Source: Anaeromyxobacteraceae bacterium (lineage in GTDB: Bacteria > Myxococcota > Myxococcia > Myxococcales > Anaeromyxobacteraceae). From it: a stretch of 64,000 nucleotides of DNA. The stretch is taken from contig JAULAX010000009.1 of the NCBI GenBank assembly GCA_032654565.1, positions 1 through 64,000 on the forward strand, written 5' to 3'. Position numbers and translations under genes: made by a program. Within the stretch, counting starts at the first letter, position 1. The number at the start of each line of letters is the position of its first letter. The notes under the pieces were generated by a model. It did no database searches and was not told the DNA's origin. It saw only the letters and a list, made by a program, of their open reading frames with translations. Below are positions 48,699 through 57,076 of this stretch, piece after piece.

Positions 48699-49862
48699 CT
48701 ACCCGGCCGCCGGCCGCGGCCCGTGCGGCGGCAGCAGGATGGCGCGGTCGACGTCGTTGATGTCGGTCCGCCCGCAGAAGGCCATGGTCAGGTCGAGCTC
48801 GCGGTGGATGATCTCCAGGCAGCGGGTCACGCCGGCCTCGCCGAGCGCCCCCAGCCCGTACAGGTAGGGGCGCCCGATCAGCGTCCCCCTGGCCCCCAGC
48901 GCCACCGCCTTGAGCACGTCCTGCCCGGAGCGGACGCCGCCGTCCATCCAGACCTCGATCTTCGACCCCACCGCGTCGGCGATGGCCGGCAGGGCCGAGA
49001 TCGACGACGGGGCGCCGTCGAGCTGCCGCCCGCCGTGGTTGGAGACCACCAGGGCGTCGGCGCCGCTGGCGGCGGCCAGCCGGGCGTCCTCGGGGTCCAT
49101 GATCCCCTTGAGGATGAGCTTCCCGCCCCAGCGCGCCTTGATCCACTCGAGGTCGGCCCAGGTGACCGTGGGGTCGAACTGCTGCGAGGTCCAGGCGCTC
49201 AGCGAGCCCATGTCGGTGATCCCCTTGACGTGACCGACCACGTTGCCGAAGCCGCGCCGCCGGGTGCCGAGCATGCCCAGGCACCAGCGCGGCTTGGTGG
49301 CCAGGTTGAGCAGGTTGGCCAGGGTCGGCCTGGGGGGCGCCGAGAGGCCGTTCTTCACGTCCTTGTGGCGCTGCCCGAGGATGTGGACGTCGAGGGTGAC
49401 CATGAGCGCGCCGCAGCCCACCGCCTTGACCCGGTCGATGAGGCGCCCCATGAAGTCGCGGTCGCGCATCACGTAGAGCTGGAACCAGAAGGGGGCGGTG
49501 ACGTGCGCCGCCACGTCCTCGACCGAGCAGATGCTCATGGTGGAGAGCGTGAAGGGGACGCCGAACCGCTGGCAGGCGCGGGCCGCCAGGATCTCGCCGT
49601 CGGCGTGGTACATGCCGGTCAGGCCGGTGGGGGCGATGGCCACCGGCATGGCCACCTCGACGCCGGCCATGCGGGTCCGGGTGCTGCGCCGGGAGAGGTC
49701 GACGGCCACGCGCTGGCGCAGCAGGATCTTCGAGAAGTCCTCCTGGTTGGCGCGGTAGGTCCCCTCGGTCCACGACCCGCCGTCGGCGTAGTCGTAGAAC
49801 ATCCGCGGCACGCGCCGCCGGGCCAGCCGGCGCAGGTCCTCGATGTCGGTGATGACGGTCAC
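48699..49862 (-). CDS. lldD: FMN-dependent alpha-hydroxy-acid (L-lactate) dehydrogenase
   Basis: PRMFYDYADGG, APTGL, WFQLY, SNHGGRQLD, DGGVRSGQD. Confidence 0.9.
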   Translation of the reverse strand: MTVITDIEDLRRLARRRVPRMFYDYADGGSWTEGTYRANQEDFSKILLRQRVAVDLSRRSTRTRMAGVEVAMPVAIAPTGLTGMYHADGEILAARACQRFGVPFTLSTMSICSVEDVAAHVTAPFWFQLYVMRDRDFMGRLIDRVKAVGCGALMVTLDVHILGQRHKDVKNGLSAPPRPTLANLLNLATKPRWCLGMLGTRRRGFGNVVGHVKGITDMGSLSAWTSQQFDPTVTWADLEWIKARWGGKLILKGIMDPEDARLAAASGADALVVSNHGGRQLDGAPSSISALPAIADAVGSKIEVWMDGGVRSGQDVLKAVALGARGTLIGRPYLYGLGALGEAGVTRCLEIIHRELDLTMAFCGRTDINDVDRAILLPPHGPRPAAG

Positions 49863-49933
49863 GCGGGTCTCCGGTGGGGCGCGGTGGATGGAGAAGCGTG
49901 GCCCCCCACGCCCCCCTCTGGCAAGCTCGCAGA

Positions 49934-51160
49934 ATGGTCCCCCCCGGCCCACCCTACCCGACCCGCCAGGCCACCTTCGACGCCTTCGCCGAGCGGGTCT
50001 CCCGCGGCAAGGTCCGCACCTTCCAGGCCTACGGCCTCGACGTGGTGATGGGGGAGCGCTCCGGCGCCTGGTTCACCGACGCCTTCGACGGCCGCCGCTT
50101 CCTCAACGCCCACTGCAACGGCGGGGTCTTCAACCTCGGTCACCGCCACCCCGCGGTGGTCCGGGCGGTGGTGGAGGCGCTCGGCCACCTCGACGTGGGC
50201 AATCACCACCTGGTCTCCGGCTGGCGGGCCCGGCTGGCGGGGCGGCTCTGCGCCTCCACCGGCGGCGCGCTGGCCGGCGCCGTCTTCGGCTCCGGCGGCG
50301 GCGAGGCGGTCGACCTGGCCCTCAAGCTGGCCCGCGGCGTCACCGGCCGGCGGCGCATCGTCTCGGCCCTCGGCGGCTACCACGGCCACACCGGCCTGGC
50401 GGTGGCCACCGGCGACGCCCCCTACCGCGAGCCCTTCGGCGCCAGCCTGGCCGACTTCGTCCAGGTCCCCTTCGACGACCTCGACGCCATGGCCGCGGCC
50501 GTGGACCGCGCCACCGCCGCGGTGATCCTCGAGCCCATCCCGGCGACGCTGGGCATGCCCCTCCCCTCCCCCGGCTACCTGGCCGGGGTGGCGACGCTCT
50601 GCCGCGACCGCGGCGCCCGGCTGGTCATCGACGAGGTCCAGACCGGGCTGGGGCGGACCGGCCGGCTCTGGGCCTACCAGGCCGAGGGGCTGACCCCGGA
50701 CGCGGTGGTGGTCGGCAAGGGGCTCTCCGGCGGCGTCTACCCCATCACCGCCACGCTGGTCTCGGCGGAGCTGAAGGGCTACCTCGACGAGCGCCCCTTC
50801 GCCCACGTCTCCACCTTCGGCGGCGCCGAGCCCGGCTGCGCGGCGGCCCTCGCCGTGCTCGACCTGGTGGAGGCCCCCGGCTTCCTCGACCGGGTGGTGG
50901 AGGTCTCCGACCGGGTGGCCGCCGGCCTGGCCGGGCTCCCCTTCTCGCTGCGGCGACGCGGCCTGATGATGGGGCTGAAGTTCCCCGCCGAGGGGGCCGG
51001 CTTCATGGCGGCCAAGCTGCTGTTCGACGCCGGGGTCTTCTGCCTCCCCGCCAACAACGACAGCTCGGTGCTGCAGCTGCTCCCGCCCCTCATCCTCTCC
51101 GACGCCGAGGTCGAGGAGCTGCTGGCCAGGATCCGGGGGGCCTTCGATGCGCTGGCCTGA
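49934..51160 (+). CDS. Class III PLP-dependent aminotransferase-fold enzyme
   Basis: NLGHRHP, SGGGEAVD, YHGHT, DEVQTGLGRTG, GKGLSGG (PLP Lys), STFGG. Confidence 0.9.
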   Translation: MVPPGPPYPTRQATFDAFAERVSRGKVRTFQAYGLDVVMGERSGAWFTDAFDGRRFLNAHCNGGVFNLGHRHPAVVRAVVEALGHLDVGNHHLVSGWRARLAGRLCASTGGALAGAVFGSGGGEAVDLALKLARGVTGRRRIVSALGGYHGHTGLAVATGDAPYREPFGASLADFVQVPFDDLDAMAAAVDRATAAVILEPIPATLGMPLPSPGYLAGVATLCRDRGARLVIDEVQTGLGRTGRLWAYQAEGLTPDAVVVGKGLSGGVYPITATLVSAELKGYLDERPFAHVSTFGGAEPGCAAALAVLDLVEAPGFLDRVVEVSDRVAAGLAGLPFSLRRRGLMMGLKFPAEGAGFMAAKLLFDAGVFCLPANNDSSVLQLLPPLILSDAEVEELLARIRGAFDALA

Positions 51161-52037
51161 GCCCGCCGAGCTGGCCGCGCTCGAGGCCCGGGTGGAGCGG
51201 GCCCTCGCCGCCGGCGGCGCCGGCGACCTGGTGGTGCTCGGCTACGGCGAGATCTCGGCGGTGATCCGGCTGGAGTCGGGCGGGCGGCCCTTCGCGTGCA
51301 AGCGGCTCCCCCCCTTCCCCGACGCCGCCCGGCTGGCCGCCTACCGGGCCTGCCTCGACGACTCGCTCCTGGCCCTGGCGGCGAGCGGCGTCCGGGTGGC
51401 GCCCACCACGCTCATCGACCTGGCGCGGCCGGTCGGCCGCTTCGTCGCCTACGCCGTCCAGCCGGAGCTCCCGGGGGAGGCCCTGCTGCCGGCCGTCCTC
51501 GCCCGCGCCTCCGAGGCCGAGGCGGTGACCCTCTTCGGGCGGCTCCTCGACGCCGTGGCCGGCGCCGTCGGCCCCCGGCTCGGCCTCGACGCCCAGGTCT
51601 CCAACTGGGCGGTGGTGGACGGCGCGCTCACCTACCTCGACGTCACCACCCCCATGCTCCGCGACCTGTCCGGCGCCGAGCGGCTCGACACCGACCTCTT
51701 CATCGCCTCGCTCCCCTGGGCGCTGCGGGGGCTGGTGCGCCGCTTCCTGCTCGGCGCCATCCTCGACAAGTACTACCTCCCGCGCGGCGCGGTGCTCGAC
51801 GCGGTGGCCAACCTGGTGAAGGAGGGGCTGGAGCGGCTGCTGCCGGCGCTGGCGGCCGCGGCCGGCGCCCGGTTCCCGCCCCCCATCGACGTCACCGAGG
51901 CCCGCCGCACCTACGCCGGCGACGCCCGCATGTGGCAGCTGCTCCAGGCGCTGCGCCGCCTCGACCGGCGCTGGCACCGGTCCCGAGGCCGGGTCTACCC
52001 GTTCCTGCTGCCGGGCCAGGTCGACCGCCGTGTGTGA
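51147..52037 (+). CDS. DUF6206-like protein with protein-kinase-like motifs
   Basis: LGYGEIS, ACKR, DAQVSNW, YLDVTTP; overlaps both neighbours. Confidence 0.65.
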   Translation: MRWPEPAELAALEARVERALAAGGAGDLVVLGYGEISAVIRLESGGRPFACKRLPPFPDAARLAAYRACLDDSLLALAASGVRVAPTTLIDLARPVGRFVAYAVQPELPGEALLPAVLARASEAEAVTLFGRLLDAVAGAVGPRLGLDAQVSNWAVVDGALTYLDVTTPMLRDLSGAERLDTDLFIASLPWALRGLVRRFLLGAILDKYYLPRGAVLDAVANLVKEGLERLLPALAAAAGARFPPPIDVTEARRTYAGDARMWQLLQALRRLDRRWHRSRGRVYPFLLPGQVDRRV

Positions 52038-53217
52038 CACCGCCGTGGTGGTCGAGCCGGGCCGGGTCCTCTTCGCCAAGAACTCCGACCGCGATCCCAA
52101 CGAGGCCCAGCTGCTCGAGTGGCACCCGGGTCGCCTCCACGCCGCCGGCGCCCGGCTGCGCGCCACCTGGATCGAGCTCCCCCAGGTGCGCCAGACGCAC
52201 CCGGTGCTCCTCTCCCGCCCCTTCTGGATGTGGGGGGCCGAGGTGGGGGCCAACGCCCACGGCCTGGTCATCGGCAACGAGGCGGTCTTCACCCGGGAGC
52301 CCTACGCCCGGACCGGCCTCACCGGGATGGACCTGCTCCGCCTGGCGCTGGAGCGGGCCGCCACCGCGAAGGAGGCGGTCGCCACCATCGAGGCCCTGCT
52401 GGCGGCCCACGGCCAGGGGGGCGGCTGCGGCCACGAGCAGCGCGGCTTCACCTACCACAACAGCTTCCTGGTGGCCGACCCCGGCGGCGCCTTCCTGGTG
52501 GAGACCGCCGGCCGCCACCTGGCGGTCGAGGAGGTCCACGGCCCGCGCACCATCTCCAACGGCCTCACCATCCCCGCCTTCCGCGAGCGCCACGCCGACC
52601 GGCTCAAGGAGTGGGGCTCGCGCTGCCGGCTGCGCCAGCCGCGGACCGCGGCGCTGGCCGGGGCGGCGGGCGGGCCGGCCGGCCTGATGCGGCTGCTGCG
52701 CGACCACGGCGGCGCCGCCGGGCCGCGCTACGAGCTGCTCTTCGGCGGGCTCTCCTCCCCCTGCGTCCACGCCGGCGGGCTGGCCGCCGCCTCGCAGACC
52801 ACCGCCTCCTGGGTGAGCGAACTCTCGGCGGGCGGGCTCCGCCACTGGGCCACCGGCACGGCCGCCCCCTGCACCGGCCTCTTCAAGCCGGTCGAGGTGG
52901 GGTCGCCGCTCGACCTCGGCCCGAGCCCTGGCGACGTCGACGACGGGACCAGCCTGTGGTGGCGCCACGAGCGGCTCCACCGGGCGGCGCTGCGCGACCC
53001 GGAGCGGCTCCTGCCGCTCTTCGCGCCGGAGCGCGACGCCGTCGAGGCCCGCTGGCTCGCGGCGCCGCCGTCACCGGCCGAGGCCTTCGCCGAGGGGGAC
53101 CGGCTCCTCGTGCGCTGGACCGCGGCGGTGCAGGCGGCGGCGGGGCCCGACCGGCGCCCCTTCCCGGTGCGCCGCTACTGGCGGACCCGGGAGCGGCGGG
53201 CGCGGCCCGGCCGCTGA
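52030..53217 (+). CDS. C69/secernin-family Ntn hydrolase
   Basis: N-terminal nucleophile (M)CDT, FAKNSDRDPNEAQ, WMWGAEVGAN, GNEAV, GMDLLRLALER. Confidence 0.9.
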   Translation: MCDTAVVVEPGRVLFAKNSDRDPNEAQLLEWHPGRLHAAGARLRATWIELPQVRQTHPVLLSRPFWMWGAEVGANAHGLVIGNEAVFTREPYARTGLTGMDLLRLALERAATAKEAVATIEALLAAHGQGGGCGHEQRGFTYHNSFLVADPGGAFLVETAGRHLAVEEVHGPRTISNGLTIPAFRERHADRLKEWGSRCRLRQPRTAALAGAAGGPAGLMRLLRDHGGAAGPRYELLFGGLSSPCVHAGGLAAASQTTASWVSELSAGGLRHWATGTAAPCTGLFKPVEVGSPLDLGPSPGDVDDGTSLWWRHERLHRAALRDPERLLPLFAPERDAVEARWLAAPPSPAEAFAEGDRLLVRWTAAVQAAAGPDRRPFPVRRYWRTRERRARPGR

Positions 53218-53262
53218 GGCCCCCGCCGCGGGCCAGGCGGGGCGCCCGGCGCCTCGGCGGCG

Positions 53263-54537
53263 CTACGGAGGGGCCGGGACCGAGAAGTAGGCCACCTGGG
53301 CCGCGAAGGTGCCGGCGCCGCTCATGACCCTGGCCACGCCGAGCAGGTCGATGCGGGCGATCCAGTCGCGATTCCTCGACACCAGGAAGGCGTAGGGGCG
53401 CCCGTCGAGCAGGCCGATGCCGATGCCGTGCGGATCGCCACGGTTGACCCAGGGAGCCCCGCCTGGAAGGTTGGGCAGCGTCTGCGCCATGGTGACCAGG
53501 ATCCCGGCCTTGGCCTTGGCGAGGTCGACGAAGACCAGCCCGTTGCCGTACTCCTCCGCGGCCAGCGCCAGGTGGGTCACGCCGTCGGCGGCCACCTGGG
53601 TGTAGCCGAGGCCCGGCAGGTCGACCGCCGCCAGCAGCGCCGGGGCGCCGAAGGTCCTGGCGACGGAGTCCTTGGTCACGGCCCCGAGGTCGATCAGCTG
53701 CAGCGTCGACGGGACCTCGACGGCCACCACACCCACGCCCAGCCCGAAGTCGATCGCCACCGCGTCCGGCTCGCGCCCCAGGGGCGACTGCGGGTCGAGG
53801 GCGGCCGGGTCGGCCATGGTGAAGACCGGCCGGGACGGGGCGTTGAGCTCGATGAGCGTCAGCCCGTCGGTCTGGGCCGGGCCGTCGGGGTGGACGTACC
53901 CGGTGCAGACGGTGGGGTCGATGACGAGCGCGGCGGGATCGCACAGGTAGAACGGGGCGATGAGCCGCCCCGCCGTGGGATCGTAGGCGAAGTTCTCGGT
54001 GATGGGCACGTTGAAGGTGCCGGTGACCAGGAAGGTGTCGAGGTCGTACTCCAGCAGGCCGGTGGAGACGGAGACCCAGGCCTTGCGCCGCGTGGCGTCC
54101 ACCGCGGCGCCCATGCTGTAGGAGGCGTTGTCCGAGGCCACGATCGGCTCGGAGCCGATCGGCAAGGTCGCCTGCCCCCGTGGCAGGTCGGTGGTGGCGT
54201 CGACGAAGTAGACCACCGGCGCGCTGACGTCGACGGCCACGACCTCCGTGCCGCTGCTGCCGACGGCCTGCGGCGCCCCGTCCACGCCGAGGTCGACGAA
54301 CCGGATCAGGCCGCTGGTCCCGTGGGGCGCGGCGGGGTCGACCACCGCCAGCGTGGCGTGGGTGGCGGTCGGGCTGGACTGCGCCGGCAGGTAGAGCTTG
54401 TACCGGCCGCCGGCGGTGACCAGGGCGAAGAACCCGGTGTTGGAGGCGGGCGGCTGGGCGCTGAGATGCCTGGGGCTGGAGCTGTCACAGCCAGCGAGGG
54501 CGACGGCGGCGAGGAGCAACAGGGCGGGGGTTCGCAT
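53263..54537 (-). CDS. Lipoprotein, probable beta-propeller
   Basis: Lipobox LAGC; beta-rich repeats. Confidence 0.75.
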   Translation of the reverse strand: MRTPALLLLAAVALAGCDSSSPRHLSAQPPASNTGFFALVTAGGRYKLYLPAQSSPTATHATLAVVDPAAPHGTSGLIRFVDLGVDGAPQAVGSSGTEVVAVDVSAPVVYFVDATTDLPRGQATLPIGSEPIVASDNASYSMGAAVDATRRKAWVSVSTGLLEYDLDTFLVTGTFNVPITENFAYDPTAGRLIAPFYLCDPAALVIDPTVCTGYVHPDGPAQTDGLTLIELNAPSRPVFTMADPAALDPQSPLGREPDAVAIDFGLGVGVVAVEVPSTLQLIDLGAVTKDSVARTFGAPALLAAVDLPGLGYTQVAADGVTHLALAAEEYGNGLVFVDLAKAKAGILVTMAQTLPNLPGGAPWVNRGDPHGIGIGLLDGRPYAFLVSRNRDWIARIDLLGVARVMSGAGTFAAQVAYFSVPAPP

Positions 54538-54612
54538 GGCGTGGATCCCGGGGAATGGAGGGAGGACTCATTCAAGCATCGATTCAGGTCCAAGACGAGC
54601 GGAAGGCTCCGG

Positions 54613-54765
54613 TCACCAGACCAGGCGGAGCGAGTACGACTCCGTGACCCAGTGGGGATGGCGGGCCGAGATGTCCCAGGCGCTCTGGAACTGGACCAGC
54701 GACTCGTCCACGTACTCGCCCCCCACCGAGGCGGCGCGCCCCACCCCCGGGCTGTCCGAGCCCAT
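54613..54765 (-). pseudogene. Possible gene remnant or small ORF (50 aa) ending in YSLRLVW
   Basis: High-GC3 codons; aromatic terminal strand typical of beta-barrel C-termini; in-frame TAG just upstream. Confidence 0.35.
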
Positions 54766-54788
54766 TCCAAAGTGCTAGCTTTCCCCCC

Positions 54789-55925
54789 ATGCGCGCCTCG
54801 GCGTTGCCGCTGCTCCTCCTCCTCGGGGTCCCGGGCCTGTCCGGCGCCGCCGAGGCCCGTCCCCGGCTGGCCGTCCTCGACCTGGTCGCCAACGGCGCCT
54901 CCAAGGAGCTGGCCAGCGCCGCCACCGGGGTCACCGCCAGCGAGCTCGACCGCATCGGCGTCTTCAAGGTCATCTCCGCCGACGCCATCCGCGCCATGCT
55001 GGCCTTCGAGAAGCAGCGCCAGATGCTGGGGTGCTCCGACGCCGGCTGCCTCGTGGAGATCGGCGGCGCCCTCGGCGTCGACTACCTGGTCTCCGGCAAG
55101 GTCTCCCGCCTGGCCGCCACCCGCGACATCCCCGAGACCCTGACCCTGGAGCTGACCCTGGCCTCGGTGAAGAGCGGCCAGAGCGAGGGCACCGCCGTGG
55201 AGAACGCCCGGTCCGAGGGCGAGCTGCTCGGCAAGGTGGCGCGCGCCGTCGGCAAGGTGGTGGCGCGGGTGCTCAGCGGCCGCTCCGGCACGCTGGTGGT
55301 GGCCTCCACCGAGAGCGGCGCGGTGGTCAAGGTGGACGAGCAGGTCAAGGGGACCACGCCGCTGCAGGGCGCCATCCCGCTCCCGGCCGGCCCCCACGCC
55401 CTGGCGGTCGAGAAGGATGGCTTCGTCGCCTTCCAGAAGGAGGTGCAGGTGCTCCCCGGGAAGCTCACCGAGGAGCGGGCCGCCCTGGCCCCCAGCCCCG
55501 ACTTCATCCGCAGCTACGAGTCGCGCCAGCGCAAGCTGCGGGTCGGCGCCTGGATCGCCACCGGCGTCACCGTGGCCGGCGTCGCGGCCGCGGTGCTGCT
55601 CCAGGCCGACGCCTCGCGGCGCTACGGCAACGACTCCACCCCGGGCACCTTCCTCTACGACCGGCGCAAGCTGCTCGACGGGGTCTTCACCGAGGGCGGC
55701 GTCGACCTGCGCGTCGAGGCCGACCGGCTCAAGTCGCAGATCTCGCAGCGCGAGACCCTGGCCTGGGTGGCGGTGGGCGTCGGGGCGGCCGGGGCGGTCT
55801 CGGCCACCTGGCTCTGGATCGCCGGTGACGACCCCGACCGCTACGCCCGCTACCGGACCGGCCTGGTCGCCGGCGTGGCCCCGCTCCCCGGCGGCCTGCT
55901 GGCCAGCCTCAGCCTCGGCTTCTGA
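54789..55925 (+). CDS. PEGA-domain protein
   Basis: Signal peptide, GCSDAGCLVEIGGALGVDYLVSG domain, GAVVKVDEQVKGTTP...GPHALAVEKDGF, terminal Phe. Confidence 0.85.
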   Translation: MRASALPLLLLLGVPGLSGAAEARPRLAVLDLVANGASKELASAATGVTASELDRIGVFKVISADAIRAMLAFEKQRQMLGCSDAGCLVEIGGALGVDYLVSGKVSRLAATRDIPETLTLELTLASVKSGQSEGTAVENARSEGELLGKVARAVGKVVARVLSGRSGTLVVASTESGAVVKVDEQVKGTTPLQGAIPLPAGPHALAVEKDGFVAFQKEVQVLPGKLTEERAALAPSPDFIRSYESRQRKLRVGAWIATGVTVAGVAAAVLLQADASRRYGNDSTPGTFLYDRRKLLDGVFTEGGVDLRVEADRLKSQISQRETLAWVAVGVGAAGAVSATWLWIAGDDPDRYARYRTGLVAGVAPLPGGLLASLSLGF

Positions 55926-55957
55926 GGCCCGGCGCGACCGGCGCCGCCTCCCGCGCC

Positions 55958-57076
55958 CTAGTTGACGAACCGGCGCATGGCCACGCTGAGCAGCAGGCCG
56001 AGCCCGAGGAAGACCGACAGCACCGAGGAGCCGCCGTAGCTGAAGAGCGGCAAGGTCACCCCCACCACCGGCAGCACCCCGGTGACCATCCCGATGTTGA
56101 CGGTCATCTGCCAGAAGAGCATCGCCGTCACCCCCACCGCCAGGAAGTGGCCGAAGCGGTCGCGGGCGTTGCCGGCGATGTCCACCCCCGCGGCGATCAG
56201 CCAGAAGTAGAGCGCCAGCAGCAGCAGGCTGCCCACGAAGCCGTGCTCCTCGGCCCAGACCGAGAAGATGAAGTCGGTGTGCTGCTCGGGAAGGAACGAC
56301 AGCATGGTCTGGGTCCCCTGCCCCCACCCCTTGCCGAGCCCCTGCCCGGAGCCCACCGCGATCTTCGACTGCATGGCGTGGTAGCCGGCGCCCAGCGCGT
56401 CCCCCTCGGGGTTGAGGAACGACTCGACCCGCTTCTTCTGGTACGGCTTGAGGTGCGGGTAGGCGAACATGGCGCCGGCGGCGGCGAAGGCGGCCAGCAG
56501 CCCCAGCGTCCGCCACCTGATGCGCGAGAAGAGCAGCATGGTGACGCCGATGGCCACCACCACCAGGGCGGTGCCGAGGTCGGGCTGGCGCAGGATGAGC
56601 ACCGCCGGCACCAGGGTGATGGCGAGCGGGAGGAGCATCCCCTTCAGGCCGCGCGGCGACTTGCGCCGCTCCTCGTCGAAGTTGAACCAGCTGGCCAGCG
56701 CCATGATCACCGCGATCTTGGCCAGCTCGGACGGCTGGATGCGGAGCGAGCCGGAGCCGATCCAGCGGCGCGCCCCCATGATCACCCGGCCGTTCACCAG
56801 CACCACCACCAGCAGCACCACCACCAGGGCGTAGGCGACCCAGGCCAGCCGCTGGTAGGCGCGGTGGTCGAAGAGCGTCAGCAGCAGCGCCAGCACCGCC
56901 CCGGCGGCCATGAACCAGGCCTGCGCCACCCAGACCGGCGCGTGGGCGGTGCGGGAGGCCGAGGCCAGGTTCCAGAGCCCGAGCAGGCAGATGGCCACCA
57001 CCGCCAGGGCGATGTGCCAGGGGAACAGGTCGAGGCGGCGCCGCTCGGTGGCGGCGGTGAGCGAGACGTCAGCCAC
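55958..57076 (-). CDS. rodA: Rod shape-determining protein RodA
   Basis: GARRWI, QPSELAK, QPDLGT, GSGQ, LPEQHTDFIF, LPLFSYGGSS. Confidence 0.96.
   Translation of the reverse strand: MADVSLTAATERRRLDLFPWHIALAVVAICLLGLWNLASASRTAHAPVWVAQAWFMAAGAVLALLLTLFDHRAYQRLAWVAYALVVVLLVVVLVNGRVIMGARRWIGSGSLRIQPSELAKIAVIMALASWFNFDEERRKSPRGLKGMLLPLAITLVPAVLILRQPDLGTALVVVAIGVTMLLFSRIRWRTLGLLAAFAAAGAMFAYPHLKPYQKKRVESFLNPEGDALGAGYHAMQSKIAVGSGQGLGKGWGQGTQTMLSFLPEQHTDFIFSVWAEEHGFVGSLLLLALYFWLIAAGVDIAGNARDRFGHFLAVGVTAMLFWQMTVNIGMVTGVLPVVGVTLPLFSYGGSSVLSVFLGLGLLLSVAMRRFVN

Noticed and set aside
44521..49773. 1750-aa minus-strand ORF and other very long Arg/Pro/Gly-rich ORFs (e.g. 24172-27765, 56910-60128)
   Set aside because: Alternate-frame artefacts of stop-codon scarcity; they overlap well-supported genes and lack domain signatures.
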